Assembly (NCBI RefSeq): GCF_001194135.2
Contig: NC_068981.1
Span: 141,655,869-141,719,868 of the forward strand
Source of the DNA: Octopus bimaculoides
Taxonomy: Eukaryota
Length of the DNA: 64,000 bases
Direction: 5' to 3'
The notes beneath the pieces were generated by a model. That model was not told the origin of the DNA, ran no database searches, and saw only the letters and a list, made by a program, of their open reading frames with translations. Of the stretch, positions 13,955 to 26,800 are shown piece by piece. The number at the start of each line of letters is the position of its first letter. Within the stretch, counting starts at the first letter, position 1. Both the position numbers and the translations under genes were made by a program.

Positions 13955-16235
13955 AAGGTAGTAGTTACTAGAAGATTGGGTATTCCGCAAGGAATGATTA
14001 AAAATGAGCAACTTCGGAAAAGGAGATTACAAAATAAAGTGAAGATATTAAGACAAGATCTGAGTAGAATAGAAGCTTAGAAACTCAACAAATTAGGAAA
14101 CACAAGATGCAGATCTTCTCTTGAGAAAAGTACTTAGCCAAAGAGAAAGGATTTGGAACAGTCATAGAAGAGTTAAAATAGCGTATCACAGCAGTAGCAG
14201 GTAAGCTCTCCAGGTATCAGAAAATAATAGATCAGTATCAACAGAATAGATTATTTGAGACAAACCAGACGAGATTTTATAACCACATAACAGTGGAGAA
14301 CGAAATACTGAAGATGAAAAATGCAATGCAGTAGAAGCTAGAATGTTCTGGAGTCTTATTTAGTATAAGCCAGTCAATCATAATGAATATGCAGTATGGT
14401 TAAAAAAAGTCAGGGAAGAATTAGTGAGTGAGAAGCAGCCTGATCTATCACTAACTTGTGCATTAGTGAGTAAAGCTTTTGGGAAAATGCCGATTTGGAA
14501 GAGCCCAGAGCCAGATTTAGTTCAAGGGTACTGTCGAAAGAAATTTGGTAGTTTACATGGGAGGCTTACGGAACAACTCCAGTATTGCCTTAATGGAGGA
14601 ATAATACCAGATTGAATGACTTGAAAGAAGACAATACTCCTTAAGAAAGATAAAAGCAAGGATAACACAGCTAACAATTTAAGACCAATAACTTGCTTAC
14701 CATTAGTGTAGAAGCTATTAACCGGAATGCTTTCAGAATGTATTTATGAGCACCTTGACAACCAGAATTTACTGCCAGAAGAACAGAAGGGTTGCAGGGA
14801 GAAGGCTAGAGGAACTCATGATTCATTATACATAGGCAAAGCATTTCTAAAGGAATTAGAGATTAGAAAGAAAAATCTAACAATAGCATGGGTAGATTAT
14901 AGGAAAACCTATGACATGGTCACCCACTCATGGATAAGTGAATGTTTCAGTACATTCAGCAAAGCAGAAAACATAAGAGAATTAATTAGCTTTAGCATGA
15001 ATAAATGTAAAGTAGATCTCTTCTCAGATGACACAATCTTAAAGTAAGTTAATCTCATTAATATCAAAAGAGGAATTTCCCGAAAGGACTAGTTATCGTC
15101 TTTAACATTTGTCTTTTGTTTGATCCCCCTCAGTTTAGTATTGAGGAAGGCAAACGCAGGGTATCAGTTCAGAAACAGTAAGGGAAAATTTAACCGTTTG
15201 ATCTACATGGATGATCTGAAGCTTTTTAGCAATGATGAAAAAGACATAGATTCCATAATACAGATTTTAAGACTGTTCAGCAGAGGTATAGACATAGGAT
15301 TTGGCATAGATTACTGAGCATATTAGTCATGAGAACGGGACAGTTAGTCAACAGCGAAGGCATCCAACTACCAGATGGCCAGAAATTAAAATCATTGAAA
15401 GGAGGTGTGAGTTATAAGTATCTAGGAGTATTGGAATCTGACAGAGTACTAACTGTATAAATGAATACGAAAATTCAGAAGGAGTAAACAGAAGTGTGAG
15501 GAAGCTACGAACGCCAAAGCTAAATTTTCCGAATCTAGTGAAGGCTGTAAATCTTTGATACTCAGCAATGTTTGTAGATTGAACAAAATCTGAATTAACA
15601 AAGCTAAACACAAGAACTAGGTTGGAATTCAAAATGAATGGAGGAATCCACCCAGGAGGAGGAGTAACAAGATTATATTTACCTAGAAAGGAAGGTAGAA
15701 AACGTTTGATATCAATAGAAAACTGTGTGGGGTTAGCTAGGATGGATATAACCTCCTGTGTGGTTAATAGTGAAGAAAAACTTTTAAGAGCTGCTACAAT
15801 GACAGCAAGACATATGGAAAAAAACCCCACAAAATTAAAAACATTTTGAAAAGCCATTTTGAATTTAAAAGAGTAAAGTGTAAACAAAATTTTTATTTCA
15901 TCCTGGAAATCGAAGGCATTCATTTATTGAGCAATTGCTCATCGTATTACAAGAACAACCATGAAAATCTCATTCTACAACACATGGATAGTTCCTCCTT
16001 TGAAGAAAGAAGCAAGAATACGTTTTCAGTGGAGCATGCGTCAGAATAAACATACTGTTACTTAATAGGTAGATGGGTCTTGGCATTGAGACACGAATGT
16101 TTAACTTGTAAATAGTGCCATTCTACATTCTGCAACAAATTCTGATGAAGATTCAGGGTAACCGAGGAGACTTGTTGACATCAAACCTCATGATAACATC
16201 CCTGCTAATTAAATTAGTCTTCGAACAACGATGCT
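13955..16235 (+). mobile_element. R4/Dong-clade non-LTR retrotransposon, degenerate, internally deleted near the C-terminus
   Basis: RRLQNKVKILRQDLSRIEA; LLPEEQKGCR..ARGT.D; AWVDYRKTYDMVTHSWI; RT motif LIYMDDLKLF (about 15198); YKYLGVLE; RLYLPRKEGRKRL; 3' end gaggagacttgttgacatcaaac followed by a trinucleotide tract. Confidence 0.92.
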
Positions 16236-16400
16236 AATAATGATGTTGATGATGCTGATGATGAGGATGATGAGGATGATGATTAATAATTATGAATGAT
16301 GATCATAATAGTAATATCATCATCATCATCATCATCATCATCATGAAGAAAAGCAACAACAACTATAATAGTAACAACCATAACAACAAAAACTATGATA
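16236..16400. repeat. Compound (GAT)/(CAT)/(AAC) microsatellite
   Basis: Seen directly. Confidence 0.9.
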
Positions 16401-16714
16401 ATAACAACAACAACGTTTAATCAACTTGTTAAACCACACTGGAATACATTTAAGCAACATGTTATATTTCGGGTTAGAAAAATGTAGCGAGACAACATTG
16501 AAAACACGAAAATTAATTAAGAATACTAATATCTTTCTTGATAAAGAAACAAAGATCATAGAAATAGAGCGAAAGCAGGCTTAGCAATCAATGAACTAGA
16601 CGGCGCACAGCACACACGAATGAAAGAATAGAATAAAAAGAATATTTAAGCGTTCTAAGAAGAGAAACATTTGATGTGTATCAGAATTTCACAAACTATG
16701 AATTATAATAAAGC

Positions 16715-16923
16715 AGAATGATGATTATGATGAAGAGGAGGGGGATGAAGAAAATGATGCTGATTATTTTGATGATGATGATGATGATTATGATGATGAT
16801 GATGGTAAAGATGTGGATCATCATCGTTGTTGTCGTCGTCGTCGTGTTAATCTTAATAACTACAAGCAGCGGCAACATAAATATCATGACCAACAGCAAC
16901 AACAACGATGTTGATGATGGTGG

Positions 16924-16979
<56 letters not shown>

Positions 16980-17025
16980 ATGATGATGGTGGTGGTGATG
17001 ATGATGATGATGATGATGATGATAT
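16715..17025. repeat. Degenerate to perfect (GAT)n microsatellite
   Basis: Seen directly; source of the poly-Met/poly-Asp ORF. Confidence 0.95.
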
Positions 17026-17026
17026 C

Positions 17027-17390
17027 ATAAAACGCTGATTAAAATCGGAAAATGTGGTATCAAAAGACGGTTACAATACCAGTGATGTAGGAACACTTTG
17101 AATTTTCAAAGAAGAAACTAAAAAATTTTTTTGCAGAAATGCAAATTATTATCTTAACTGGTAGGTCACACATATTCAAGGGAGCATCGTCGCTGTGAAT
17201 TTTCCCCTTTATTTTCTTTTTTCTTCATTCCTTTTCCTCTCTGTCTTTCTTATTCTTTTATCTGTCACATGACTCTTCATGAACACTTTGGCGTCTTTCT
17301 TTTTAACGGCTTACCAACGTATACAGTGCGATTCCTTACGTTGGGTGTCAGAAGACACTCGGAACGAAATGGAAACAAAATTGAAAAAAG
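17027..17390 (+). mobile_element. R4/Dong 3' end (end of endonuclease domain plus 3' UTR)
   Basis: IGKMW..KTVTIPV.VGTL..; gcaaattattatcttaactggtaggtcacac...catcgtcgctgtga and ...ggtgtcagaagacactcgg align with the copy at 48421-48804; ends in (TAA)n. Confidence 0.75.

Positions 17391-17450
<60 letters not shown>
17391..17450. repeat. (TAA)n microsatellite joining two R4/Dong fragments
   Basis: Perfect run; next base starts DYKK of the following element. Confidence 0.98.
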
Positions 17451-19150
17451 GACTATAAAAAACGCTTTTGGTAAGAAATGTCTGGAAATTTATATAGCAG
17501 CATCTATTCTGTGAAACTTTTATTCTGTAAGTATGAGATCATGAAGAACCACACTGACTTTGAACAGTGACATAGAGATGTAAGAACTTCATGTGGCACT
17601 TTCCAAGTTGACTCACTACCACCACTTCTCTTTCGTGTAACCTTAATACCTCTCCCGAAATTGCTAGATGATATACAATATGGCTATAAAATGTTGATAT
17701 ATAATATGGCTATAAAATGTTTGATAAAAATATAAATCATCTCTTGTACATGAATGATTTAAAGCTCTTTGCGAAAAACCACGAACAAGTACAGGGCTTA
17801 CTAGCAATTGTTAAAAAATTCAGGGATGATATTATGATGCAATTTGGCCTCGATAAATGTGCAAAAGCGACTTTTATCAAAGGTAAAATGGTAGAAACAT
17901 CCAACGTTAATCTTGCCCAACGGAATGTCATAAAGGAGTTAGAACCGAGAGCTACAAATACCTTGGGGTATTTGAAGGTGATGGAATCAAACATTCAATT
18001 ATGAGGGCAAGCATCAAAAAAGAATGTTATCTGAGGGTAAAGGCAATACTCAAAACAGAGCTGAATGCAAGAAACAGGATCGAAGCGATCAATATTTTAA
18101 CCATACCAGTCATGACTTACAGTTTCAGTATTATTAACGGGTCAATTATTGAAATATGTAATCTTGACAGAAGAATATGGAAACTGTTAACAATGCATAG
18201 AATTCACCACTCTAAGGCAGATATGGAACAACTTTACCTACCAAGAGAAGATGGTGGCTGTGGGCATTTACAGCTGGAATTAACAATGAATATTGCTACA
18301 ACTGGCCGAAATACCTACATGAAAACTCCTGAAGGTTGAATGTTGAAACTTGTCTTAAAACACGAAAACAAGAAAACATCATATTCAGTAAGAAAACAGG
18401 CAAAAATATCAAAACAAATTCCAAATACAACAAATCATAGAATTAGACGTACTGGAATTTAGCACAAAATAAGCTAAGCCTGTGAAAACCCGTGCTAAAA
18501 CTGCTGCCTTAGATATTCTTACTGATAAATGACAAGAGAACCATCTCAATGGCAAATGCCCAAAGAAAATGCTAATAACGCCGATTTTGGTTAGCAGCGT
18601 CAGATAGAATCGTTTATCATAGTAGCTCAAGATCAATGCCTAACTACAAGGAGCTACCAGGTCAACATATTCAAGAACGACAGTAGCCCAACGTATCGTG
18701 TATGTAAACAGCAAAATGAAACCAACTCTCATATCTCCATGTGCAGACTTGTTGCCCCTGCAGCGTATCTCAACAGGCATGATAGAACAGCACACTATAT
18801 TCATCGTTTAATTTTCAAAAACGTGAACCTGCCCTGTGATGAAAAACTGGTGGCAACAAATCCAACTCCAGAGCTTGAAAAGGACTACATCTTGCCCCTC
18901 TAGAACTTTACCTTTCAAACTAACAGAAAGATAGATACGAAGAGGCAAGACATTATATTGAAGAACTCATCGATATGACTGTCCCAAATGTATCTGTCAA
19001 GGTCTACAAAAACTGAGCAACTATAAAGATCTTGAAATAGAAGTTGGCAAAAATGTGGAACCTCAAGACTAAAACAATATCTGTTGTCATAGGTTCTCTA
19101 AGAAAGAAAACAAAAGGGACTGATTGCTAGACGGAACTCATGAGACTTGG
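17451..19150 (+). mobile_element. 5'-truncated R4/Dong-clade retrotransposon (RT, CCHC finger, REL endonuclease)
   Basis: DYKK.F; NHLLYMNDLKLFAK; QFGLDKCAK; LYLPREDGGCG; YRVCKQQNETNSHISMC (CCHC remnant); YLNRHD; RQDII..IDMTVP..YKDLEIEVGKMWNLKTKTISVVIGS. Frameshifted. Confidence 0.92.
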
Positions 19151-19490
19151 TTGGCAGCTCTCTAGGATAAGGAACACTGCTTTAAAACTTGGCTAGATAG
19201 GAGTCCTTATCCCAATGGTGACAACATGTCAGTGTTCAACGGCTCCATGCTTGGGAGGAAGACGAATGGACTGCGAATCGGCACTTAATTCCGGAGCAAT
19301 ATTTGGACGCTCACCTAGGGATAATCATGATCATGGACCACAACACACAGAAATGCAAAGGGGACAGGACCAACTTATGGCTAGTAAGAGCTCTGCAGTC
19401 TTCATTGACAATCCTACTAGAGCTGGTGTCTCGTTAAAAATATTGAGCTCTTCTTCATGCAATATCCCAGAACCCCATATCACGAACAAA
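19145..19490 (+). mobile_element. Possible 5' UTR/start of an RTE-type LINE
   Basis: cttggttggcagctctctaggataaggaacactgc resembles a recalled RTE 5'-UTR motif; weak CNI.T (cf. WNVRT) near 19460. Unverified. Confidence 0.3.
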
Positions 19491-19519
19491 TGTCCTAGAC
19501 ATTCCCGAAACCACTCCAA

Positions 19520-19670
19520 GTTGTGGCGACACGATCAGATAGCGAAAATGTTACATTGGAAATGTGCGAAAAGTAGGGCTAGAGAGAGGCAATCCGTGAT
19601 ATGAGAACAACCGCAGAGAGTGGAGGAGTCGGTGTCTAGCAAAATCCTCAGAGATTTCTCAGAATATGCA
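19520..19670 (+). mobile_element. Short R4/Dong fragment
   Basis: WRHDQIAKMLHWK....YENNRREWRSRCLAKSSEIS, frameshifted equivalent of RHD.VA..LHW....WYEH.P..V.E....KILWDF. Confidence 0.65.
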
Positions 19671-19679
19671 ATGCGAAGT

Positions 19680-19975
19680 CGACTGCGGTGAAATTTAAAC
19701 TCGCTGCATGTGACGAGATGACTCTAATGACGCTAAGTATTTTGTTCATCATGCTAGTAATTCTGCCAAATCGCAGTCTTCAGAAATCCTTTTTGTTATA
19801 CGCACAAGGTGTGAAATTTTTAGGAAGGGTTCATCGAACATATTGACCACAGTGCTTGGTGATTAATCTATCGCTCTCGTGAGACTGAACGGCAAAGTCG
19901 ACTTCAGCGTAATACAGACTAGCAGCGTAAAGACGAACGAAATGTTGCTAAGCCATTTTATTCAGCACGCGCACT
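19680..19975 (-). mobile_element. Two degenerate family A SINE remnants
   Basis: aagtcgac..cggtgaaatttaaactc and ggcaaagtcgacttcagcg...aagacgaacgaaatg match the reverse complement of family A. Confidence 0.55.
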
Positions 19976-20630
19976 AAGGAAGTAGTAGTTTAGCCATCGC
20001 ATGTAGTGGAGTTATTGAGAGAAATTTCGGCGGCCATTTTACTTGATTCAAGACCTGTCTCATTTTCATTTCTATAATGATGTTATAGAACACGAAAAGG
20101 ATGAAGTACGACGGGAATCTAAATAAAATGCAATCGCTTATAGATTCGTCAGTACAAACACAAATAAAGATTTACGAAGCACGCACAATTGTGTTCTGTC
20201 CTGGCATGCAAGCCAACGAGTGTATATTTTTTCACTCGCACTTACAAACGCACAGCGCGCGCGTACATAAATGCATGCATCAAACAATTTGGGTATCGAC
20301 AAACACAAGACACTGAAACAAAACAGCATTGCGACGTTGTTAGTGACAGGCTAAAATCCTGAGTAGCCAATAGCTTAAAAGAAATCCTTACATATGGGAT
20401 TCATGAATATGTAGTATATAGTGTTAAAATATATGTAAGCAGGTGCTTCGTAACCTACCCTCAGAAAGGATCGAAGCTGCCATCCAAACATTTCCTCTCA
20501 ACACGTTCTGTTAGACTCTTCTGTTTTGGCCAAATCAGTAATTTCCTTCATATCTTCTGAGAAGCACATTTGCTGTAGACAGACACATTTGTGGCCTATG
20601 AAATCTTTGCCATCTCATCTAATTTTTGTC

Positions 20631-20897
20631 AATTAAATTCCACATCGGTGAAATTTAAACTCTGGGTGTAAAGACGAACGAAATATCCTTTTCTACTCTA
20701 GGCACAAGTCCCAAAAATTTGGGGGAAGGTGGGGCTAGTCGATTAGATCGAACCAGTATGATACTGGTACTTTATTTATCGACCCTGAAAGGATGAAAGG
20801 CCAAGTAGGACTCGCCGGTATTTGAACTCAGAACGTAAAGACAAACGAAATACACTTAGGCATTTCGCCCGCCGTGCTAACGTTTCTTATTTCTTTA
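20631..20897 (-). mobile_element. Composite family A SINE (partial plus near-complete monomer)
   Basis: B-box rc tttgaactcagaacg; catttcgccc..gtgctaacg; near-identical to 23494-23759. Confidence 0.85.
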
Positions 20898-22269
20898 TGA
20901 TACACCCCCCCCCTTGCTCCCTTCAATCAGCTTTTGCATCAATTTCACAAAGATTAACATCTTTGACGTTCTTTCTTTTCAAGGGAATGGGATTATTCTC
21001 GAGATATATTACCCTACTAAATTTTTAAATTGCATTCATTCTTTTATTTTAACTTCTGATGTTTTTTCATGTCCCCCTACGTTTTCTACATTCCAATATA
21101 TTCTCATTCCTATCACCTTGAAACGATGATATAAAATTCCACTCGGTACCTAGCATTGGTAGGGTACTGGACAAGGAGACACTTTTGTTTCTATTTATTT
21201 TATTTCATAACTCCTCGGTGCTGCTAGCACAGTGTGTAGCATGGCGTTATTTGTGTTTCCTTCCGCCATGTTAAGTCTGGATGAGAGACAAGTGATGCCC
21301 TGCAATAAGTGAGATGAATAGCTGTGACGTTCTCCTGTTATTCTTCTTGTGTTCAGAGATTCTGCCACTACATTATTTTCTATTCTTCTTATTCCAGACA
21401 TAAGATCTCAACTGTCTTTTACTACTACACATATAAATAGTCTTTTGTTCCTTGAACCATCAGTCTGATTGATATTCCACTCTTTAAGTACAGTAAATCT
21501 CCCTGTGATCACCAAGGGTTAACAAGACCAAAATCCCTGGAGATATATTAGAGTACATGTTGCAGGTTACCTATGTACATACCTCTTGCTCGCTCTTATG
21601 CGCAAAGTAGAAGATAAGCCAAGGTTTAATACCAGCATGGATATCTATGCCCATGATACACATGATTTTGTGATCCATGTGTTGTGGGTAGATATGATAT
21701 GCCTCATCAATGCTAGTTTCTTAACTTAATTCTTCTGTCCCAAAGCACAGACATTCTTTGATATTCCCTGCCCTGGCCAAAGGAAATTTAGCGATTCGGT
21801 TTAAAGCCTCAATAAAATAGGTACCTGATAATAAAAAGTAGGATGTGGGCTCCATTTGTTCGACTGAACCATTGAAGATGGTGCCGCATCATGCATGCAG
21901 TTCAATGATTTGAACATGTAAAAGAAGTATAACTTCCTCTAGGTTCAATGGCGTGTGGTAAGTCTCTCAGTCTACTGACATGGAACTATCAAAGCCCAAT
22001 CAAGCTACTTCCAAACAAATATACAGAAAATGATAGAAATTAGGAGACGGTGTTTCTGAGGTCTTGATATTAATAATGATATGATACAATGCATTTAAAT
22101 AGATAAATACTTCAGAAATAGAGCATAATAAAGCAAGAAGGAATGGAAATCAAAGAACGGCTTAAAGAAGAGAGCCTTGCTAAATTATAAAATATATTTC
22201 GTTATGAAAATCAATAAAGATACTTTGAACGTAGTAAATAGTTCTGGTTCAGCTTGAAATGTTTTATTT

Positions 22270-23230
22270 TAAAGATCTAGTTGAAAGAAGTGAAATAGAA
22301 ATCGAAGCCTCGTTAATGGTAGTTGAAGTAGAAGTATTACAGAAAACGATGGAATTACTATGGATGAGATTCTGCAAATCAAGGAATGCATGGTTGAACA
22401 ATGAAAAATAGGTTCTCGAACACAATAATTTGCCCAGGAGCAAAAGCCAAACGACTGCAAAGCAGCGGGACGTGATATCATTCCAATCGACTGGCTGAAG
22501 TAGAAGGAACATAATCTTCGAGCAGATGTCAATAATAAGATAACAGAGAAGCTGAAGAACACGAAAAAAACCCCTTCTGACTTGAGTATCACCACTAGAG
22601 AGACGGTAGATCCCCTAAATATCAAACCTATAACATCATTTTCTGGTAACTTACAATCAGTTAGCACAATAATTAGCAGAAGATAAATGAACATTCGGAA
22701 AATAAACAACCTGTTTTCCGATAAACATAATGGCTGTTACAAAGGTTCATTTGCTGGTGAGGCCAAATACTGAGTTATAAATCCATAATGTATCCGAACT
22801 GAACAAAAAGTTTCTACATAATATAAATGTTTCCATCAGTATACATCACACATGCTTTCTTGGTCATAATGAAATCGAGTTTTGGAGATTAAGACAAAAG
22901 TGTTAATAATAAACTTAACTACATCTCAGTTAAGGGAAGAACGCACTGACTGAAGGATACGTTATAATATATGTGAAGAAATAACTAACCATTTAAATTT
23001 TAGTTCCCCAGATATGGCCACTATATTTACAAGGACGACAATGTTACATTGCAAGGAAATTTGGAAATTTCATAAAGACAGGGAAGAACTTGGTATCGAT
23101 AAACACAAGAAAGGGTCCTAGAGAATGTCAAAGTAATTCTAAACTATAATATATTAGTCTAATCACACTTGTTAACTGGAGGCAAATTGGCTGGACGGGA
23201 AAAGAAATACTTTTCAATGGAAGATTCAAC
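22270..23230 (+). mobile_element. Highly degenerate CR1/L2-like LINE RT relic
   Basis: KAAGRDIIPIDWLK (cf. KAAGPDGI..E.LK), DPLNIKPIT (cf. DP.NYRPIS), KINNLFSDKHNG (cf. NNLLS..QHGF), DDNVTLQGNL. Many stops. Confidence 0.45.
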
Positions 23231-23259
23231 CCACAATGAACTGAGAAATTATGGCAATG

Positions 23260-24275
23260 TAAGTTGATTATATCAACCTCCAATACTTGATTGGAACTTT
23301 ATTTTATTGCCCCGATGGGATCTGAACGGAGGAAATGCTGCTAAGTATTTTGTTCGACTTTTTAACGGTTCGCTACCTTTGTCCACTTTTTAATAATACT
23401 CTTTCTACTGTAAGCACAAGGCTTGATATTTGAGGGGAAGGGACTAGTTGATTACATTGAACTCAGTGCTCAACTGGTATCTAATTCATTGAAAATTAAA
23501 TTCAACATCGGTGGAATTTAAACTCTGGGTGTAAAGACGAACGAAATATCCTTTTCTACTCAAGGCACAATACCCAAAATTTTGGGGAAGGAGGGGCCAG
23601 TCGATTAGATCGAACCAGTATGATACTGGTACTTTATTTATCGACCCCGAAAGGATGAAAGGCAAAGTCGGACTCGGCGTTATTTGAACTCGGAACGTAA
23701 AGACAAACGAAATACAGTTAGGCATTTCGCCCGTCGTGCTAACGTCTCTTATGTCTTTACTGCCCACAAGGGGCTACACACAAAGGGGACAAATAAGGAC
23801 AGTCAAACGGATTAAGTCGATTATATTGACCCCTGTGCGTAACTGGTACTTATTTAATCGACCCCGAAAGGATGAAAATCAAAGTTGATCTCGGCGGAAT
23901 TTGAACTCAGAACGTAACGAGAGACGAAATACGGTAAGCATTTCGCCCGGCGTGCCAACGTTTCTGCCAGCTCACTACCTTAAAAGGAACGAAATATCGC
24001 AAAGCATTTTGACTGCCGTACTAAAGATTCTGATAACTCACCGCTTCAATTCATTAAATAATAATGATTTCAAATTTTGGTACAAAACAACGATTTCTGG
24101 GAAGGAAATTGTTATATCGACCTCAGAACTCAATTGGCGCTTATTTTATCAATCTCGAACAAATGAAAAGCAAAGTCGACCACAGCGGAATTTGAACTCA
24201 GAACGTGAAGACGGACGCAATGCTGCTAAACATTGTACCAGTTGTACTAACGATTTTGTCAGCTCACCACCTTAT
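23260..24275 (-). mobile_element. Head-to-tail array of about five to six family A SINE units
   Basis: Repeated gaatttgaactcagaacg / catttcgccc / ctgccagctcac motifs, all on the minus strand, with varied divergence. Confidence 0.88.
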
Positions 24276-25799
24276 ATCTCTAAACGATAATGACAGTATC
24301 ATATAATTGCGCGGCATCTCTTCTATTAGAAATGCAATTTTTTTTTTTCTGGGCATTTCTAATTTTATACTTCTTCCATTATCGTCAATAAAATGAATAC
24401 TGTGATTTTGCTTCATGGCTTTAAATAATTGCTATTAAGAAAGTAAAAACAAAACAAAAAAATGCAACTAACTTTAATGCTATGTGATTGAAGGAACATC
24501 AAGCAGAAAATCTCGTCTATTTCGGAAGTAGGGTTTTATATGTAATTGCTCAATCTCGAACATTTTGAAAGTACATTCTTTCATAGTCATTGACCAGCAC
24601 AGTGATTGTGTCTCATCGATTCTGCGCTTTTCTTTTTGTCCTGGGTTTAATCGCTTACATATAATAAACAAAGGTTTCTCAAACTATAATTGATGCGTCA
24701 GAATGTTCTAATAATTTCTAATTTTATGCTAATCTTTCGAAAACGGAGATGAAACAAATAGACAAAACAACTATATTTCTAATGACGATAGAACAAATTC
24801 TACGCCAATTGAATTAAATTTTCAGTTCAATTTTATACCAATTAATAGAAAGCACACTTTAGCTCAATGCCTTACACATCTGCGGCAAGTGTATAACATA
24901 TGGTGTGCAATAATGACGGATATTATTAACGACTTAAATAATACGACACACACTCACGGACATACACTCACACGCGCGCGCGCGAACGCACACACACACA
25001 CACACACACATACATACACACACACATGGACATACATATACACACACACATTGACACACGGACACACACACACATAAACACACACACATACACTCACACA
25101 CACACCTGCCAAAAACAACAATTAAGAAACTGAATTCACCAAATTTAGGATGATAGTCACAATATAAGTTCTTTTTCCGTGATATATTCATGATAGAATA
25201 AACATCAGCTGTATTACATTCAAGAACTTTGCGAGAAATTCAAGAACGACTGAATTTTTATCGTCATTCGGTACAGCCCTTCGTGTTAGGGAGATTGGCT
25301 TTACAACCTCATGGTTTTTGATTGGATTTCACTAGGACCCCCCCCCCCTTCGAATGGTGATATTAATGTTTGCATTCAGTCGTCAAAAACATTTAGGCGT
25401 AATTCAGTCGATTAGCGATAGCATCAAACATTGTGGTTTGTGACTGGCAAATTAAATGCATCCGTCGGTTTAGCATCACTTCTTGGTGCATAAACAACTT
25501 TCTCCTATTTCAATTTATTTCAAAGCATTCAGCACTGTCCTTGGGCTGTGTTTGACTTCTGTTCTTCATAGCAAAAAAAAAAAAAACAATAAATAAATAA
25601 ATAAAATAAATAAATAATAATAATATTAATATAGGAATTCAACAAAATACGCGACAAAATGTTCTTAGCGCGTTATTCATATTTCGTTTATAACATTCGA
25701 AAGAATCGCTATTTCCTTCTGTCTGTCTATTTATTCTGTTTATATCTCTCTACCTATCTGTGTGTATGTCTCTGTCTCTCTATATATCTTGCTCAATAC

Positions 25800-25842
<43 letters not shown>

Positions 25843-26583
25843 CATGAACACACACCACCACACACACATAACCATGGGTTTACGTGTTATATGTATGTGT
25901 GTCTCTGTATCTTTAGGCATATGTCATTACATTCCAACGTGTATGTTAGAGTCGAAGGAAGGGCGTTTGTGTCTGTGTGTCCAATTTGCAAGCAGTCTTC
26001 TAATACAAACAGACAAGATCATCTGTTGTCATATAATCATATTTCTCTTCGGCCCACAAGATATGTTTATAGCTTTACAATCAGACAACAACAGCAAAGA
26101 AATCATACAAGGTGATGTCAATATCAATATACGTAGCTCTTTATTGGTTCTGTATGAATTTTGGAGAATTTTCCAATATTTGAAAAGCAATATATACGCA
26201 AATATATTTAGAACGGAAAATATTTAGAATGAACTTTCTTTTTTTCTCTTTTCCTAAAAGTTAAAAAAATATTGAACAGCGAAATTGTATCAACATTACT
26301 TTTCTAAAATCAATTCTCGGGTTTTCTTGCTTCCATATACAATCGACAATAGAAAATAAATAAAAGAAACTGAGAGTACAAACAGTGGAAATCGAACTTA
26401 TGGATAGATAGTTGATTTATCGGTACAATTACCGAAATAACGTAAGTCGTCTGACGATATCTAGTTTCACATAAACGCTTTTAACTATTTACATACGAAG
26501 ACTGAATTTGTTTAGAATTTTGTGATTTCGTACAAACGTAACCCACATCATTGTTCGCTCCTATATTATGGTAAAATCAAAAT

Positions 26584-26800
26584 TGCTGAGCAGACAAAGT
26601 CGTTAGCACGCTGGACAAAATTAGTTGACGGCATTTCGGTCGTTTTTACGTTTCGAGTTCAAATTTCGCCGAGGTCGATTTCACCTTTTGTCGTTCCAGA
26701 GTAGATAATGTAAATACGAGTTGAATACTTAGGCCAATGTAAATGACTTACCACTTGCCCCGAAATTACTGGCCTTGTGTCTAAAGTTGAAACCGGTATT
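26584..26800 (+). mobile_element. Family A tRNA-headed SINE
   Basis: gtcgttagcacgctggac...gagttcaaatttcgccgaggtcga...ggccttgtg...gaaacc tail. Confidence 0.8.

Noticed and set aside
16696-17038. Poly-Met/poly-Asp ORF
   Set aside because: Translation of a (GAT)n microsatellite.
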